Shown here one piece after another: positions 10,323 to 20,381 of a stretch of 64,000 bases of DNA (the stretch's first letter is position 1; each line of letters begins with the position of its first letter). Below the pieces are notes generated by a model that had not been told where the DNA came from, did no database searches, and saw only the letters and a program-made list of their open reading frames with translations. The position numbers and the translations under genes were made by a program. Location: positions 3,532-67,531 of the forward strand of contig NZ_DASWPB010000087.1 in NCBI RefSeq assembly GCF_036404185.1. The letters run 5' to 3'. Source of the stretch: Lacisediminihabitans sp. GTDB lineage: Bacteria > Actinomycetota > Actinomycetes > Actinomycetales > Microbacteriaceae.

Positions 10323-13058
10323 TCACTCCCTGTCGGTCAGGTTCCAGGCATCCTCGTCCGAAGATCCTTCGTCTTCATCGTAGCCGGTTGTCATATCGGC
10401 CACCGGGTCGCCGGAGTAACGGTCAGCAGACCCGGAGGCTTCCGCCGGGAGGTCGCCGCGGAGCCGTGCGAGCACGCCGGCGAGCTGCTCCGGCGCCACC
10501 AGCACGTCGCGGGCCTTGGAGCCCTCCGAGGGCCCGACGATCTCCCTGGACTCCATGAGGTCCATGAGCCTGCCCGCCTTGGCGAATCCGACCCGCAGCT
10601 TGCGCTGGAGCATCGACGTCGATCCGAACTGGGTGCTGATGACGAGCTCGGCCGCGGCGAGCAGGAGTTCCAGGTCGTCCCCGATGTCGCCATCGATCTG
10701 CTTCTTCTCCGCCGAGACCGCGACGTCCTGGCGGTAGTCCGGCCTGGCCTGACGCGTCACGTGCTGCACGACGGCGTTGATCTCGCTCTCGGTCACCCAG
10801 GCGCCCTGCACCCGGATCGCCTTCGAGGCCCCCATCGGAAGGAAGAGCGCGTCCCCCTGCCCGATGAGCTTGTCCGCGCCCGGCTGGTCGAGGATGACCC
10901 GCGAGTCGGTCATGCTCGACACGGCGAAGGCGAGACGGGAGGGCACGTTGGCCTTGATGAGACCGGTCACGACGTCGACGGAGGGGCGCTGGGTCGCGAG
11001 CACCAGGTGGATGCCGGATGCGCGCGCCAGCTGGGTGATGCGCACGATCGAGTCCTCGACGTCGCGGGGGGCGACCATCATCAGGTCGGCGAGCTCGTCG
11101 ACGACGACCAGGAGGTAGGGGTAGGGCTTGAGCTTCCGCTCGCTGCCGGAGGGCAGCACGATCTCGTCGGCGACGACGGCGGCATTGAAGTCGTCGATGT
11201 GACGGAAGCCGAAGCTCGCCAGGTCGTCGTATCGCATGTCCATCTCCTTCACGACCCAGGCCAGCGCCTCCGCGGCCTTCTTCGGGTTCGTGATGATGGG
11301 CGTGATGAGATGCGGGATGCCTGCATAGGGGGCGAGCTCGACGCGCTTGGGGTCGATGAGGACCATGCGCACCTCCGATGGCTTCGCCCGCATCAGCAGC
11401 GAGGTGATCATCGAGTTGACGAAGCTCGACTTCCCCGAGCCGGTGCTGCCCGCCACCAGGAGGTGGGGCATCTTCGCGAGGTTGGCGACGACGAAGCCAC
11501 CCTCCACGTCCTTGCCGAGCCCGATGGTCATCGGATGGGAGCTCGAGGTGCTCGCCCTCGAGCGGAGGACGTCTCCGAGCGAGACGATCTCCCTGTCGGC
11601 GTTGGGGATCTCGACCCCGATCGCGCTCTTGCCGGGGATCGGGGACAGGATCCGCACCTCGTTGCTCGCGACCGCGTACGACAGGTTCTTGTTGAGGGCG
11701 GTGACCCGCTCGACCTTGACGCCAGGACCGAGCTCGATCTCGTACCTGGTGACCGTCGGGCCGCGGCTGAAGCCGGTGACCTTGGCGTCCACCGAGAACT
11801 GGGTGAGCACCTCGGTGATCGCCGCGACGATCAGGTCGTTCGCCTCCGAGCGCGATTTCGGCGGGGTCCCGGGAGCCAGCGTCGAGGCGGCCGGCAGCCG
11901 GTACGGCGCGGCGGGCGGCTGGGCCTTCGGGGCGGCGGTCACGTCGAACTCGCCCAGCTCCCCCTTGACGGAGGCGCTGTCGGAGAAGCCGGGAAGAAGA
12001 TCCGCGACCAGCGGACCGCCGTCGTCGCGGATCCCGGTCACGGGGCCGGCGGTGTCGACCTCGCCGGTGAACCGCCTGACGGCCTTCTCCGCGTCGGCGA
12101 GATCCCCGAGCAGCTCCGTGCCGAACTCCTCGGGATTCAGGCGGGTGTGATCGATGACCTCCGTGACCTGCGGGTCCTTGGCGACGACGGGGCTATCGAA
12201 GGCCGGCTCGTCCTCGTGCTTGGTCTTGTTTCGCCTCCACCAGGGAAGGGATGCCTGGTCCTCCCCCTCGAGTCCGAGGTCGCCGAGGGTGCCGAAGGTT
12301 CCGGTGTCCGCGGTGAGGCCCTTCTGCATGGCGGGCTCCGGCTCCGCCAGCTGTGCGCCGAACAGGTAGGCGTACAGCTCGCGCAGTCGCGAGCGGATGC
12401 GGTTCGGCGGCGTCTTGGTGATGATGAAGAGCGAGAGGAGCAGCAGCGCGATGACGACCGGCGCCGCGAGCCAGGCCGTGCCGACCGTCATGAGCGGCGT
12501 CGCGAGCACCCAGCCGATGAGACCGCCAGCCCTCGCCAGCACATCCATGCCGTCCGACGGCTGCGGCCGGCTCCCGAAGATGTGGCAGAGCGCGCTCACG
12601 GAGGTGAGCAACACGGCGAGGCCGATGCCGATGCGTCCGTTGTCGTGGACGGACGACGGATGCCGGAACAACCAGATCGAGAACAGCAGCATGATCACCG
12701 GGAGGGCGAAGGCCACCCGTCCGAAGAGGCCGCCGAAGGTGTAGGAGTCGAGGGCGATCGCGACCGGATCCGCGGGGTTGAACCATTCGACGATGGCGCC
12801 GACGACCGCGAGCACGAAGACGAAGAACGGGACTCCGTCGCGGCGCTCCTCCTTCGCCAGCGTCTCGGAGCCGAGCACCCTGGCGGCCCCTCCGACGACG
12901 TGGGCGAGACCGAGCCAGGCCCGGCTGAGCAGGCCGGGCTCGTCGACGGGCGCCGCCTTGACCGCTGGCAGCTTTCTCGTGGTGCCCTTGCCGGTCGGGC
13001 GGCCGCCGCGCGAGGTCGTCGTGCGGGCACGCGGGGTCGTCCTGGTGCTCGTAGCCAT
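10323..13058 (-). CDS. ftsK: DNA translocase FtsK
   Basis: N-terminal TM helices, [25 protein letters not shown], gamma-domain [11 protein letters not shown]. Confidence 0.97.
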   Translation of the reverse strand: MATSTRTTPRARTTTSRGGRPTGKGTTRKLPAVKAAPVDEPGLLSRAWLGLAHVVGGAARVLGSETLAKEERRDGVPFFVFVLAVVGAIVEWFNPADPVAIALDSYTFGGLFGRVAFALPVIMLLFSIWLFRHPSSVHDNGRIGIGLAVLLTSVSALCHIFGSRPQPSDGMDVLARAGGLIGWVLATPLMTVGTAWLAAPVVIALLLLSLFIITKTPPNRIRSRLRELYAYLFGAQLAEPEPAMQKGLTADTGTFGTLGDLGLEGEDQASLPWWRRNKTKHEDEPAFDSPVVAKDPQVTEVIDHTRLNPEEFGTELLGDLADAEKAVRRFTGEVDTAGPVTGIRDDGGPLVADLLPGFSDSASVKGELGEFDVTAAPKAQPPAAPYRLPAASTLAPGTPPKSRSEANDLIVAAITEVLTQFSVDAKVTGFSRGPTVTRYEIELGPGVKVERVTALNKNLSYAVASNEVRILSPIPGKSAIGVEIPNADREIVSLGDVLRSRASTSSSHPMTIGLGKDVEGGFVVANLAKMPHLLVAGSTGSGKSSFVNSMITSLLMRAKPSEVRMVLIDPKRVELAPYAGIPHLITPIITNPKKAAEALAWVVKEMDMRYDDLASFGFRHIDDFNAAVVADEIVLPSGSERKLKPYPYLLVVVDELADLMMVAPRDVEDSIVRITQLARASGIHLVLATQRPSVDVVTGLIKANVPSRLAFAVSSMTDSRVILDQPGADKLIGQGDALFLPMGASKAIRVQGAWVTESEINAVVQHVTRQARPDYRQDVAVSAEKKQIDGDIGDDLELLLAAAELVISTQFGSTSMLQRKLRVGFAKAGRLMDLMESREIVGPSEGSKARDVLVAPEQLAGVLARLRGDLPAEASGSADRYSGDPVADMTTGYDEDEGSSDEDAWNLTDRE

Positions 13059-13112
13059 GGTTTCAACGGTAACGCGGGGGTGCGTCACCGCCCAGGAGGG
13101 GCGGGGTGCGTG

Positions 13113-14789
13113 TTACGCCTCGATGACGACCGGCACGATCATGGGCCGACGACGGTGCGAGGTGTTCACCCAGCGTCCGACGGTGCGGCGGATGACCTGG
13201 CTGAACGCGTGGGTGTCCCGCGTTCCGTTCTCCGCGGCATCCGTCAGCGCCCGGACGATGAGCGGCTTGACCGCGTCGAAGACCGCCTCGTCCTCCGCGA
13301 AGCCGCGGGCCTGGATCTCCGGGCCGACGATGACGCGCCCCGTCTGGGGATCGATCGCCACGAAGATGGAGACGAAGCCCTCCTCGGAGAGGATCCTGCG
13401 ATCCTTGAGATCCGCCTCGGTGATCTCGCCGACGGTCGCGCCATCGACGTAGACGTACCCCAGGTCGAGCTGACCGACGACCTCGGCGACACCGTCCTTG
13501 AGGTCGATGACGATTCCGTCCTCCCCCACGATGGTGTTCGCCTCCGGCACGCCCGTCAGCATCGCGAGCTGCTGGTTCGCCACGAGGTGGCGGTACTCGC
13601 CGTGCACGGGCAGCACGTTCTTCGGACGCAGGATGTTGTAGACGTACAGCAGCTCGCCCGCCGCGGCGTGGCCGGAGACGTGGACCTTCGCGTTGCCCTT
13701 GTGCACGACATTGGCACCCAGCTTGGTGAGCCCGTTGATGACCCGGTAGACGGCGTTCTCGTTGCCGGGGATGAGGCTGGAGGCGAGGATGACGGTGTCT
13801 CCCCTGCCCACCTCGATCTGGTGCTCGAGATTGGCCATCCTCGCCAGCACGGCCATCGGCTCGCCCTGGGAACCGGTGCTCATGTAGACGATCTTGTTGT
13901 CGGGCAGATCCCCGGCCTTCTTGGCGTCGATGAGCACGCCGTCCGGCAGCCTCAGATATCCGAGCTCGGCGGCGATGGTCATGTTCCGCACCATCGACCG
14001 GCCCATGAAGGCGACCCGCCGGCCGTTCGCGGCCGCGGCATCCAGCACCTGCTGCACCCGATGCACGTGGCTGGAGAAGCTCGCCACGATGACCCGGCGC
14101 GGCGCCTTGGAGATGACGGACTCCAGCACCGGGCCGATGTCGCGCTCGAGGGCGGTGAAGCCGGGGACGTCGGCGTTGGTCGAGTCAGGCAGGAACAGGT
14201 CGACGCCCTCCTCGCCGAGCCGGGCGAAGGCGCGCAGGTCGGTGATGCGGTCGTCGAGCGGCAGCTGATCCATCTTGAAGTCGCCGGTGTGCAGCACGAC
14301 GCCGGCCCGCGTCGTGATGGCGACGGCGAGGGCATCCGGGATCGAGTGGTTGACGGCGATGAACTCGAGGTCGAACGGACCGAGCCGCTCGTGCTGTCCC
14401 TCGGTCACGCTCAGGGTGTATGGGGTGATGCGGTGCTCTTTGAGCTTCGCCTCGACGAGCGCGAGGGTGAGCGTCGAGCCGATCAGAGGGATGTCCTGGC
14501 GCAGCCGCAACAGGTACGGCACCGCGCCGATGTGGTCCTCGTGCCCGTGGGTGAGCACAACCGCCACGACGTCGCCGAGGCGATCGGAGACGGGAGCGAA
14601 GTCGGGAAGGATGAGGTCGACGCCCGGCTGGTTCTCCTCGGGGAACAGCACGCCGCAGTCGACGATGAGGATCTTGCCGTCGATCTCGTACGCGGTCATG
14701 TTGCGGCCGATCTCACCAAGCCCTCCGATCGGGATGACGCGGAGGGTTCCGGGGGCGAGGGGACGTGGGTCGTATACAGGTGAGTTCAT
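13113..14789 (-). CDS. rnj: Ribonuclease J
   Basis: GGLGEIGRNM, THGHEDHIG, HVSGHA motifs. Confidence 0.97.
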   Translation of the reverse strand: MNSPVYDPRPLAPGTLRVIPIGGLGEIGRNMTAYEIDGKILIVDCGVLFPEENQPGVDLILPDFAPVSDRLGDVVAVVLTHGHEDHIGAVPYLLRLRQDIPLIGSTLTLALVEAKLKEHRITPYTLSVTEGQHERLGPFDLEFIAVNHSIPDALAVAITTRAGVVLHTGDFKMDQLPLDDRITDLRAFARLGEEGVDLFLPDSTNADVPGFTALERDIGPVLESVISKAPRRVIVASFSSHVHRVQQVLDAAAANGRRVAFMGRSMVRNMTIAAELGYLRLPDGVLIDAKKAGDLPDNKIVYMSTGSQGEPMAVLARMANLEHQIEVGRGDTVILASSLIPGNENAVYRVINGLTKLGANVVHKGNAKVHVSGHAAAGELLYVYNILRPKNVLPVHGEYRHLVANQQLAMLTGVPEANTIVGEDGIVIDLKDGVAEVVGQLDLGYVYVDGATVGEITEADLKDRRILSEEGFVSIFVAIDPQTGRVIVGPEIQARGFAEDEAVFDAVKPLIVRALTDAAENGTRDTHAFSQVIRRTVGRWVNTSHRRRPMIVPVVIEA

Positions 14790-14873
14790 AGCATCCAGTG
14801 CTCATGCGGCCTTCCGGCCGAGTTCGTGGGGTCTCTAGCCCCCTGTTAAAGCTGTGTTGTTAAAAGCTGTGTT

Positions 14874-15851
14874 CTAGCGGGTGGTTCCGGCGACCTTGGG
14901 CAGTGCCCCACCCGCCGCGGCATTGCGATCCGGGCGGAAGTTGCCGAGGTCGAGGCCGGGGATCTCTCCGACGAGGGCGATGTCGTCCTCGATCTGAGCG
15001 GCCTCGAAGTCTTCAGGGCCGACGAGCGGCAGGCGCACGCGCGGCGAGCCGATGCGGCCGAGCCCGTGCAGGACGTACTTGGCGGCGACGGTGCCTGGAA
15101 CGTGCGTCATCAGGGCGCGGACGAGGGGCTCGAGCTGCCTGTGCGCGGCCGTCGCGCTCTTCAGGTCTCCGGCATTGACCGCGTCGACGATGACGCGGTA
15201 CGGCGCCGGAGCGACGTTCGCGGTGACGCTGATCAGCCCGACAGCGCCGATGGACAGATGGGGAAGCACGTTGGCGTCGTCGCCGGAAAAATAGAGCAGG
15301 TCGGTCTGATTGAGCACCCTGCTGACCTCGCTGAAGTCGCCCTTCGCATCCTTGATCGCCAGGATGTTCGGATGCTTGGCCGCCCGCAGGATCGTCTCGT
15401 ACCTGATGGGGATCCCCGTGCGCCCGGGGATGTCGTACAGGATGACCGGCAGATCCGTCGCATCGGCGATCATGCGGAAGTGCGTGAGCACCCCGGCCTG
15501 GGTGGGCTTGTTGTAGTAGGGCGTGACGATCATGACTCCGTCGGCGCCGGCCCGCTCGCTCGCCCGGTAGAGCTCGATGGCGTGCGCGGTCTCGTTGGAT
15601 CCGCCGCCGGTGATGATCTTCGCCCTGCCGCCGGCCACGGACTTGCCGACCTCGACGAGGCGGATCTTCTCCGGGTCGGTGAGCGTCGAGGTCTCGCCGG
15701 TCGTGCCGGTGACGACGATGCCGTCCGCGCCCGCGCTGATGACGTCGTCGATGTGCTTCTCGACGCCGGCCCAGTCGACCTCGCCCTCCGCCGTGAACGG
15801 GGTCACCAGGGCGACAAGCACCTGACCGAAGGGATTTGCGGAGATAGACAC
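14874..15851 (-). CDS. dapA: 4-hydroxy-tetrahydrodipicolinate synthase
   Basis: ALVTPF, GTTGE, VTPYYNKP, YDIPGRTG, IKDA; GTG start at 15851 six nt after a TACCCT -10. Confidence 0.96.
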   Translation of the reverse strand: MSISANPFGQVLVALVTPFTAEGEVDWAGVEKHIDDVISAGADGIVVTGTTGETSTLTDPEKIRLVEVGKSVAGGRAKIITGGGSNETAHAIELYRASERAGADGVMIVTPYYNKPTQAGVLTHFRMIADATDLPVILYDIPGRTGIPIRYETILRAAKHPNILAIKDAKGDFSEVSRVLNQTDLLYFSGDDANVLPHLSIGAVGLISVTANVAPAPYRVIVDAVNAGDLKSATAAHRQLEPLVRALMTHVPGTVAAKYVLHGLGRIGSPRVRLPLVGPEDFEAAQIEDDIALVGEIPGLDLGNFRPDRNAAAGGALPKVAGTTR

Positions 15852-15952
15852 GTCTACAGGGTATCGCGTGGCCGCGCCGATCCCACCTCGCCCCGCAGCC
15901 ATCCGCCCTCCTCCCCTCCCCGTCCCGTCTCCCGCAACCCCTTCCCCGCTCC

Positions 15953-16037
15953 ATCCGATCTCAAGGAGTTTTTCGGCAGTCCCGGTTTCTGTGCGGCGAA
16001 ACCGACCGTTTTCGGGGAAATCTCCTTGAGATCGGAT
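15953..16037. repeat. REP-like palindrome A
   Basis: Perfect 16-bp inverted arms ATCCGATCTCAAGGAG (15953-15968)/CTCCTTGAGATCGGAT (16022-16037) enclosing hairpin CGGTTTC-N8-GAAACCG. Confidence 0.85.
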
Positions 16038-16076
16038 AGCAGCGGGAGGGGCGCGGCAGGGCGGCGCAAGGCGGGG

Positions 16077-16925
16077 TCAGGCCAGGTGGTCGCCGCGGCT
16101 CATCGCGGCCAGGACCGCGTCCCGGACCGTGGCCCAGTCCTCGACGATCATCCGATACGGGAACCGCAGCACGCGATAACCCCGGATGCCCAGATGGGCG
16201 TCCCGGACATGATCCGCCGTCGGATCGTGGAAGGCCAGGCTGTCGATCTCCACCACCAGGCGTTCCCCGATGAGGAAGTCCACACGATACCGGCCGATTC
16301 GCACCTGCTGCCGGAAACGGACTCCGAGACGGCGCATCCGGAAGGCGAACATCGACTCCGTCCCGCTCTCCGACAGCGACCCGACCCATCGCATGACGCG
16401 CGGCCTCAGCCTCGGCAGCAGCTCGGCCCAGTCCCGCGACGAGATCGCTCCGCGGAACAGGGCGGACTCGCAGACCACAAAGGCGAATTCGGCGGCCTGA
16501 CAGACGCACAGCTGCTCGAGGGCGGCCACCACGCTCACCTGATAGCGGGAACCGCCACTGCCGTCGTCGTTCCAATGGATCAGGACGTCATCGGCGCCCG
16601 TATCGCTCAGGCGCTTCCGGTGGTCCTCCGGCGCCCTCAGCTGGCAGGAGTTGCCGGAGACCGCCACATGCAGGCGATTCGGCCCGTTCGGTATCCACAG
16701 GCCGAGCTCTCGCGCGGCACTCACGCAGGTGAGTCGGCCGCCGACGCGTGCGGCGCGTTGGAGGGCCTGCGGAACGTCGGGCAGCGCGTACCAGCCCTTC
16801 CGAATGCGCAGGACGTCCCCGCGACGGATGGCCAGCCGCAAGACGGTCCGGCCATGTCCGCGGGCGAGGAGCTCGTGGGTCGCGGCGAGGCCGCCGAGCG
16901 AGCGGATGTCGGAGTGGAGAGACAT
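16077..16925 (-). CDS. AbiEi-like N-terminal wHTH + DUF559 (Vsr/PD-(D/E)XK-like) endonuclease domain protein
   Basis: N-term GGLAATHEL...LRIRKGWY; LTCVSAA..LGLW; C-term SESGTES...QQVRIGRYRVDFLIGERLVVEIDS..FH......RD..L...GYRVLRF. Confidence 0.88.
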   Translation of the reverse strand: MSLHSDIRSLGGLAATHELLARGHGRTVLRLAIRRGDVLRIRKGWYALPDVPQALQRAARVGGRLTCVSAARELGLWIPNGPNRLHVAVSGNSCQLRAPEDHRKRLSDTGADDVLIHWNDDGSGGSRYQVSVVAALEQLCVCQAAEFAFVVCESALFRGAISSRDWAELLPRLRPRVMRWVGSLSESGTESMFAFRMRRLGVRFRQQVRIGRYRVDFLIGERLVVEIDSLAFHDPTADHVRDAHLGIRGYRVLRFPYRMIVEDWATVRDAVLAAMSRGDHLA

Positions 16926-17004
16926 CCCGCTAGCGTCGGCGACGCGCCCGGGCCGCGGGGGCGCATCCGCGAATCCGGTGATGAGCAGGCGGTAGGAACC
17001 GGTG

Positions 17005-17074
17005 TCAAGGAGAAACGGGGGTCAGCTGGCCGCGGCATCGGCCAGGAGGGGGACGGCGCGCAGAAACTCCTTGA
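17005..17074. repeat. REP-like palindrome B
   Basis: TCAAGGAG (17005-17012)...CTCCTTGA (17067-17074) enclosing hairpin CTGGCCG-N6-CGGCCAG; same arms and span as palindrome A. Confidence 0.8.
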
Positions 17075-17076
17075 AA

Positions 17077-17176
17077 CGGGACGGAACCGGAGCAGAGCGG
17101 GACGGAACCGGAGCAGAGCGGGACGGAACCGGACCCGAGCGGGACGGAACCGGAGCCGAGCGGGACGGAGCCGGAG
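17077..17176 (+). repeat. 21-bp tandem repeat, 4 full copies plus a partial one
   Basis: CGGGACGGAACCGGAGCAGAG x2, ...GACCCGAG, ...GAGCCGAG, then partial CGGGACGGAGCCGGAG; no spacers. Confidence 0.95.
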
Positions 17177-17187
17177 GGGACGAGGGA

Positions 17188-17925
17188 CTACGGGGCGACG
17201 CGGCCGTTGCCGTTGAAGGCGGCATAGGTGAGCGGCATGAGCTCAGCGAAGAAGCCCTCGATCTTCTCCGCCGCCATCTCGATCTCCCGCTGCGGGAACG
17301 ACGGGAAGAGCGAGCCCTCGCGCTTGGTGCGCAGAGAGATGAAGTTCATGAGCGAACGCGCGTTGAGGGTCACGTACATCGACGAGTAGATGTTCAGCGG
17401 GAGCACGATGCGGGCGACCTCCCTCGCGACACCGGCGTCGAGCATCCGCTGATAGGACTCGAAGGCGGCGATCGAGGCCGCCCTGGCCTCCTCGGCGACG
17501 AGGGCCACCTGTTCCGCCGTTCCCGGCTCGAAGGTGTATGCGCCGGCCTTGCCGACCTGGACCAGGTTGCGCTCGGGACCCGGCACGTAGAAGACGGGGT
17601 TGAGCTCGCGGTAGCGGCCGGATTCCTCGTTGTACGAGGCGATGCGGTGACGCATGAACTCGCGGAAGACGAAGATCGGCGCCTGCACGTAGAAGGTCAT
17701 GGAGTTGTGCTCGAATGGCGAGCCGTGCCTGTCGCGCATCAGGTAGTTGATGAGTCCACGGGCGCGCTTGTCCTCCGCTTCCAGGTCCTCGGAGGCCTGC
17801 GCGGCCTCCAGGGTCTGCTCCCCCTGGGTCGACACCCGCGCGGCGAACAGCACGTCGGAGTCGTGGGCACTCGAGCGGACGAGCTCGACGGTCACGTCGG
17901 AACGGAACTTTATCTCTGCTGGCAC
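17188..17925 (-). CDS. thyX: FAD-dependent thymidylate synthase
   Basis: HGSPFEH, REFMRHR..SYNEESGRY, REVARIVLP, NARSLMNF..LR. Confidence 0.96.
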   Translation of the reverse strand: MPAEIKFRSDVTVELVRSSAHDSDVLFAARVSTQGEQTLEAAQASEDLEAEDKRARGLINYLMRDRHGSPFEHNSMTFYVQAPIFVFREFMRHRIASYNEESGRYRELNPVFYVPGPERNLVQVGKAGAYTFEPGTAEQVALVAEEARAASIAAFESYQRMLDAGVAREVARIVLPLNIYSSMYVTLNARSLMNFISLRTKREGSLFPSFPQREIEMAAEKIEGFFAELMPLTYAAFNGNGRVAP

Positions 17926-18033
17926 GGCCCTCAGGATAGCCACGACGCGGGGCATCGGCCCGCCAACACACCGGGCGTAACGCGGCGTCACGATCCTTCC
18001 GCACCCGCGGCGGCGGCCGTACCGTTGCCCATC

Positions 18034-18468
18034 ATGAATCCGATCGCCGTCGTCATCTCGCTGCTCGGCCTGGTCGTCCTGTCGACCGCGCTCGGCCTGG
18101 TCTGGCGCGCGACGACCGGCAGGGTGCGCGGCGCAGAGGGCGGCCGGACGATCGTGCGCCTCTCCGAGCTGCGGCCGGATGCCCCCACGGGCCAGGCCGC
18201 CACCCTGCTGCAGTTCTCGACGGAGGTCTGCGCCCCGTGTGCGAACGCCCACCGGACGCTCGAAGCCGTCGCCGGAGAGTTCGAGGCGGTTCGCCACGTC
18301 GATGTCGATGTCACCGCCCGCCCGGACATCGCACGCCGATTCGGGCTCCTGCAGTCGCCGACCATCCTGATCCTGGATGCGCGGGGCACCGTGACGGCAC
18401 GCATCGGCGGTCTTCCGCGTGCGGCCGAGGTGCGCGCGGAGCTCGACCGCATCCTCGGCGCCGCCTGA
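18034..18468 (+). CDS. Membrane-anchored thioredoxin-family protein
   Basis: N-terminal TM, LLQFSTEVCAPC (CxxC), SPT cis-Pro loop. Confidence 0.88.
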   Translation: MNPIAVVISLLGLVVLSTALGLVWRATTGRVRGAEGGRTIVRLSELRPDAPTGQAATLLQFSTEVCAPCANAHRTLEAVAGEFEAVRHVDVDVTARPDIARRFGLLQSPTILILDARGTVTARIGGLPRAAEVRAELDRILGAA

Positions 18469-18482
18469 CCGTCCACGAAGGA

Positions 18483-18992
18483 ATGACCATGACCGACCCC
18501 CGGCCCTCCACACAGCGTCTCGTCGCCCGACCCGGCCAGAGCGGCATCGACCCTCGCAGCCCCCGATTCGGGGCGGGGATCACCGCCGTCCTGCTCCTGG
18601 TGGTGATCGGCCTCTCCCTCGGCGGAGCCGCGAGTGCCGCCTTCGTCCTGTTCGCCGTCATCACCGCGCTGTTCGCCTGGGGCGCGTTCGCCGGCGTGCA
18701 GAGGCATCCATACGGCTGGCTGTACCGAAGGTTCGTCCGCCCGCGCCTCGAACCGCCCGCTCACCTGGAGGATCCGAGACCGCCGACCTTCGCGCAGGAT
18801 GTCGGGCTCGTCATCACGCTCGTCGGCCTGATCCTCTTCCTGCTCGGCGTGCCGTACGGGCTCGTGATCTTCGCGGCGCTCGCGTTCATCGCCGCCTTCC
18901 TCAATTCGGTCTTCGACTACTGCCTCGGCTGCCAGATCTACCTGCTGCTCGTCCGCTTCGGTGGGAGGGGCCGCCGATCCGCGCAGGTCTGA
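18483..18992 (+). CDS. DUF4395 family membrane protein
   Basis: IDPRSPRFGA, EDPRPPTFAQ.VG, AAFLNSVFDYCLGCQIY. Confidence 0.88.
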   Translation: MTMTDPRPSTQRLVARPGQSGIDPRSPRFGAGITAVLLLVVIGLSLGGAASAAFVLFAVITALFAWGAFAGVQRHPYGWLYRRFVRPRLEPPAHLEDPRPPTFAQDVGLVITLVGLILFLLGVPYGLVIFAALAFIAAFLNSVFDYCLGCQIYLLLVRFGGRGRRSAQV

Positions 18993-19044
18993 CCTTCCCT
19001 CGTTCGAGTGACATAAGCTGTCGTCACTCGACGGAGGAGGAATC

Positions 19045-19470
19045 ATGGCGGTTACCAGCGAAGCGACGACGCTCTGGATCGGCGACCTGAGAAGCGGATC
19101 GGGCACGGTGTCGCTCGACTCCTCGGATGCCGCCGAATTCCCGGTCAGCTGGGCGGCCAGGGCCGAGGGTGAGGTCGGCAAGACCAACCCGGAGGAGCTG
19201 CTCGGCGCCGCGCACTCCGCCTGCTTCTCGATGGCCTTCGCCAACCTGCTCGCGCAGTTCGGAACGCCGCCGCAGAACCTCCAGGTCACCGCGGCGGTCA
19301 CCTTCGACCCCGCGGAGGGCATCACCGGCAGCCACCTCCTCGTCAGCGCCAAGGTCGCCGGCATCGGAGAGGACGACTTCCAGCGGATCGCGGCCGAGGC
19401 CAAGGCCACCTGCCCGGTGTCGCGCGCCCTCGCGGGCATCCCCGTGACCCTGGAAGCCAGCCTCGCCTGA
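19045..19470 (+). CDS. osmC: OsmC family peroxiredoxin
   Basis: TNPEELLGAAHSACFSMA, AKATCPVSRAL; GGAGG RBS. Confidence 0.93.
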   Translation: MAVTSEATTLWIGDLRSGSGTVSLDSSDAAEFPVSWAARAEGEVGKTNPEELLGAAHSACFSMAFANLLAQFGTPPQNLQVTAAVTFDPAEGITGSHLLVSAKVAGIGEDDFQRIAAEAKATCPVSRALAGIPVTLEASLA

Positions 19471-20381
19471 TGCCGGCGCGCCGGAAGCAGCCCATGCGTG
19501 TGCTCGTCTCCGGGGCATCCGGGTTCATCGGACGTGAGCTCGTTCGCCAGCTGCGGGACGACGGCCACGACGTCCGCGAGCTGGTCAGGCGGCAGCCGCG
19601 CACCGACAGCGAGATCAACTGGGCGCCGACCGCCAGGATCCTCGACTCGAGTGTCATCGACGGAACGGATGCGGTGATCAACCTCTCCGGGGCGTCCCTC
19701 GGCCGACTGCCGTGGACGGCGGCGTACAAGCGCGAGATCCTGGACTCGAGGGTCCAGACGACACAGGCTCTTGCTGAGGCGATGGCGATGGCGAGCAGGC
19801 CGCCCGCCGTCTTCCTCAGCGCCTCCGCCGTCGGAATCTACGGCGACCGCCCCGGGGAACGGCTGACGGAGGAATCGCCGCGAGGCCCCGGCTTCCTCGG
19901 AGACGTCGTCGAGCAGTGGGAGCTGTCGGCGCAGATCAGGCCGGCGAAGACCCGTCTGGTGACGTTCCGCACCGGCCTCGTCCTCGGCGGAGGCGGCTCG
20001 CTCGCACCCGTCCTCGGCCTGACCCGCGCCGGGCTCGGCTCCCGTCTGGGAACGGGGGGCGACATCTGGCCGTGGATCGGCCTGTACGACGAGGCAGCGG
20101 CCATCCGCCATCTGCTCACCTCGGAGCTCGAGGGACCGGTCAACCTCGCGGGGCCGACGGCGGCCCCCTCCGACCGGATCACCCGTCACGTGGCGAAGCG
20201 GATGCATCGCCCGTACGCTCTGACCGTGCCGAGCCCCGTCATCGGTCTCCTGCTCCGCGAGGCGGGCCACGAGCTGCTGCTCAGCAGCCAGCACGCGATC
20301 GTCGACAAGCTCGTCGATGACGGCTTCCGCTTCCGGCACGAGACCGCCGAGGCCGCGATCGACGCGTTCCTGGACGACTAG
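19470..20381 (+). CDS. TIGR01777 family NAD-dependent epimerase/oxidoreductase
   Basis: VSGASGFIG, AVINLSGA, SASAVGIYGD, RTGLVL. Confidence 0.9.
   Translation: MPARRKQPMRVLVSGASGFIGRELVRQLRDDGHDVRELVRRQPRTDSEINWAPTARILDSSVIDGTDAVINLSGASLGRLPWTAAYKREILDSRVQTTQALAEAMAMASRPPAVFLSASAVGIYGDRPGERLTEESPRGPGFLGDVVEQWELSAQIRPAKTRLVTFRTGLVLGGGGSLAPVLGLTRAGLGSRLGTGGDIWPWIGLYDEAAAIRHLLTSELEGPVNLAGPTAAPSDRITRHVAKRMHRPYALTVPSPVIGLLLREAGHELLLSSQHAIVDKLVDDGFRFRHETAEAAIDAFLDD

Noticed and set aside
9096-14783. 1895-aa plus-strand ORF and similar long ORFs (383-2467, 6167-8029, 15066-17216, 27349-29832)
   Set aside because: Antisense shadows of well-conserved minus-strand genes; long stop-free frames are expected at this GC content and show no protein motifs
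14843-14873. Short duplicated GTTAAA(A)GCTGTGTT between rnj and dapA
   Set aside because: Only two short copies with no structure; most likely local slippage
16077-16925. Complete type IV (AbiE) toxin-antitoxin system
   Set aside because: No adjacent AbiEii nucleotidyltransferase toxin gene; only the AbiEi-like N-terminal domain is present
17077-17176. Possible CRISPR array
   Set aside because: Repeats are head-to-tail with no unique spacers, and no cas genes are present
17002-18468. 488-aa ORF joining RDGTGAE heptad repeats to a thioredoxin
   Set aside because: Most of it is antisense to thyX; the thioredoxin has its own TM start at 18034 with a TACCGT -10 just upstream
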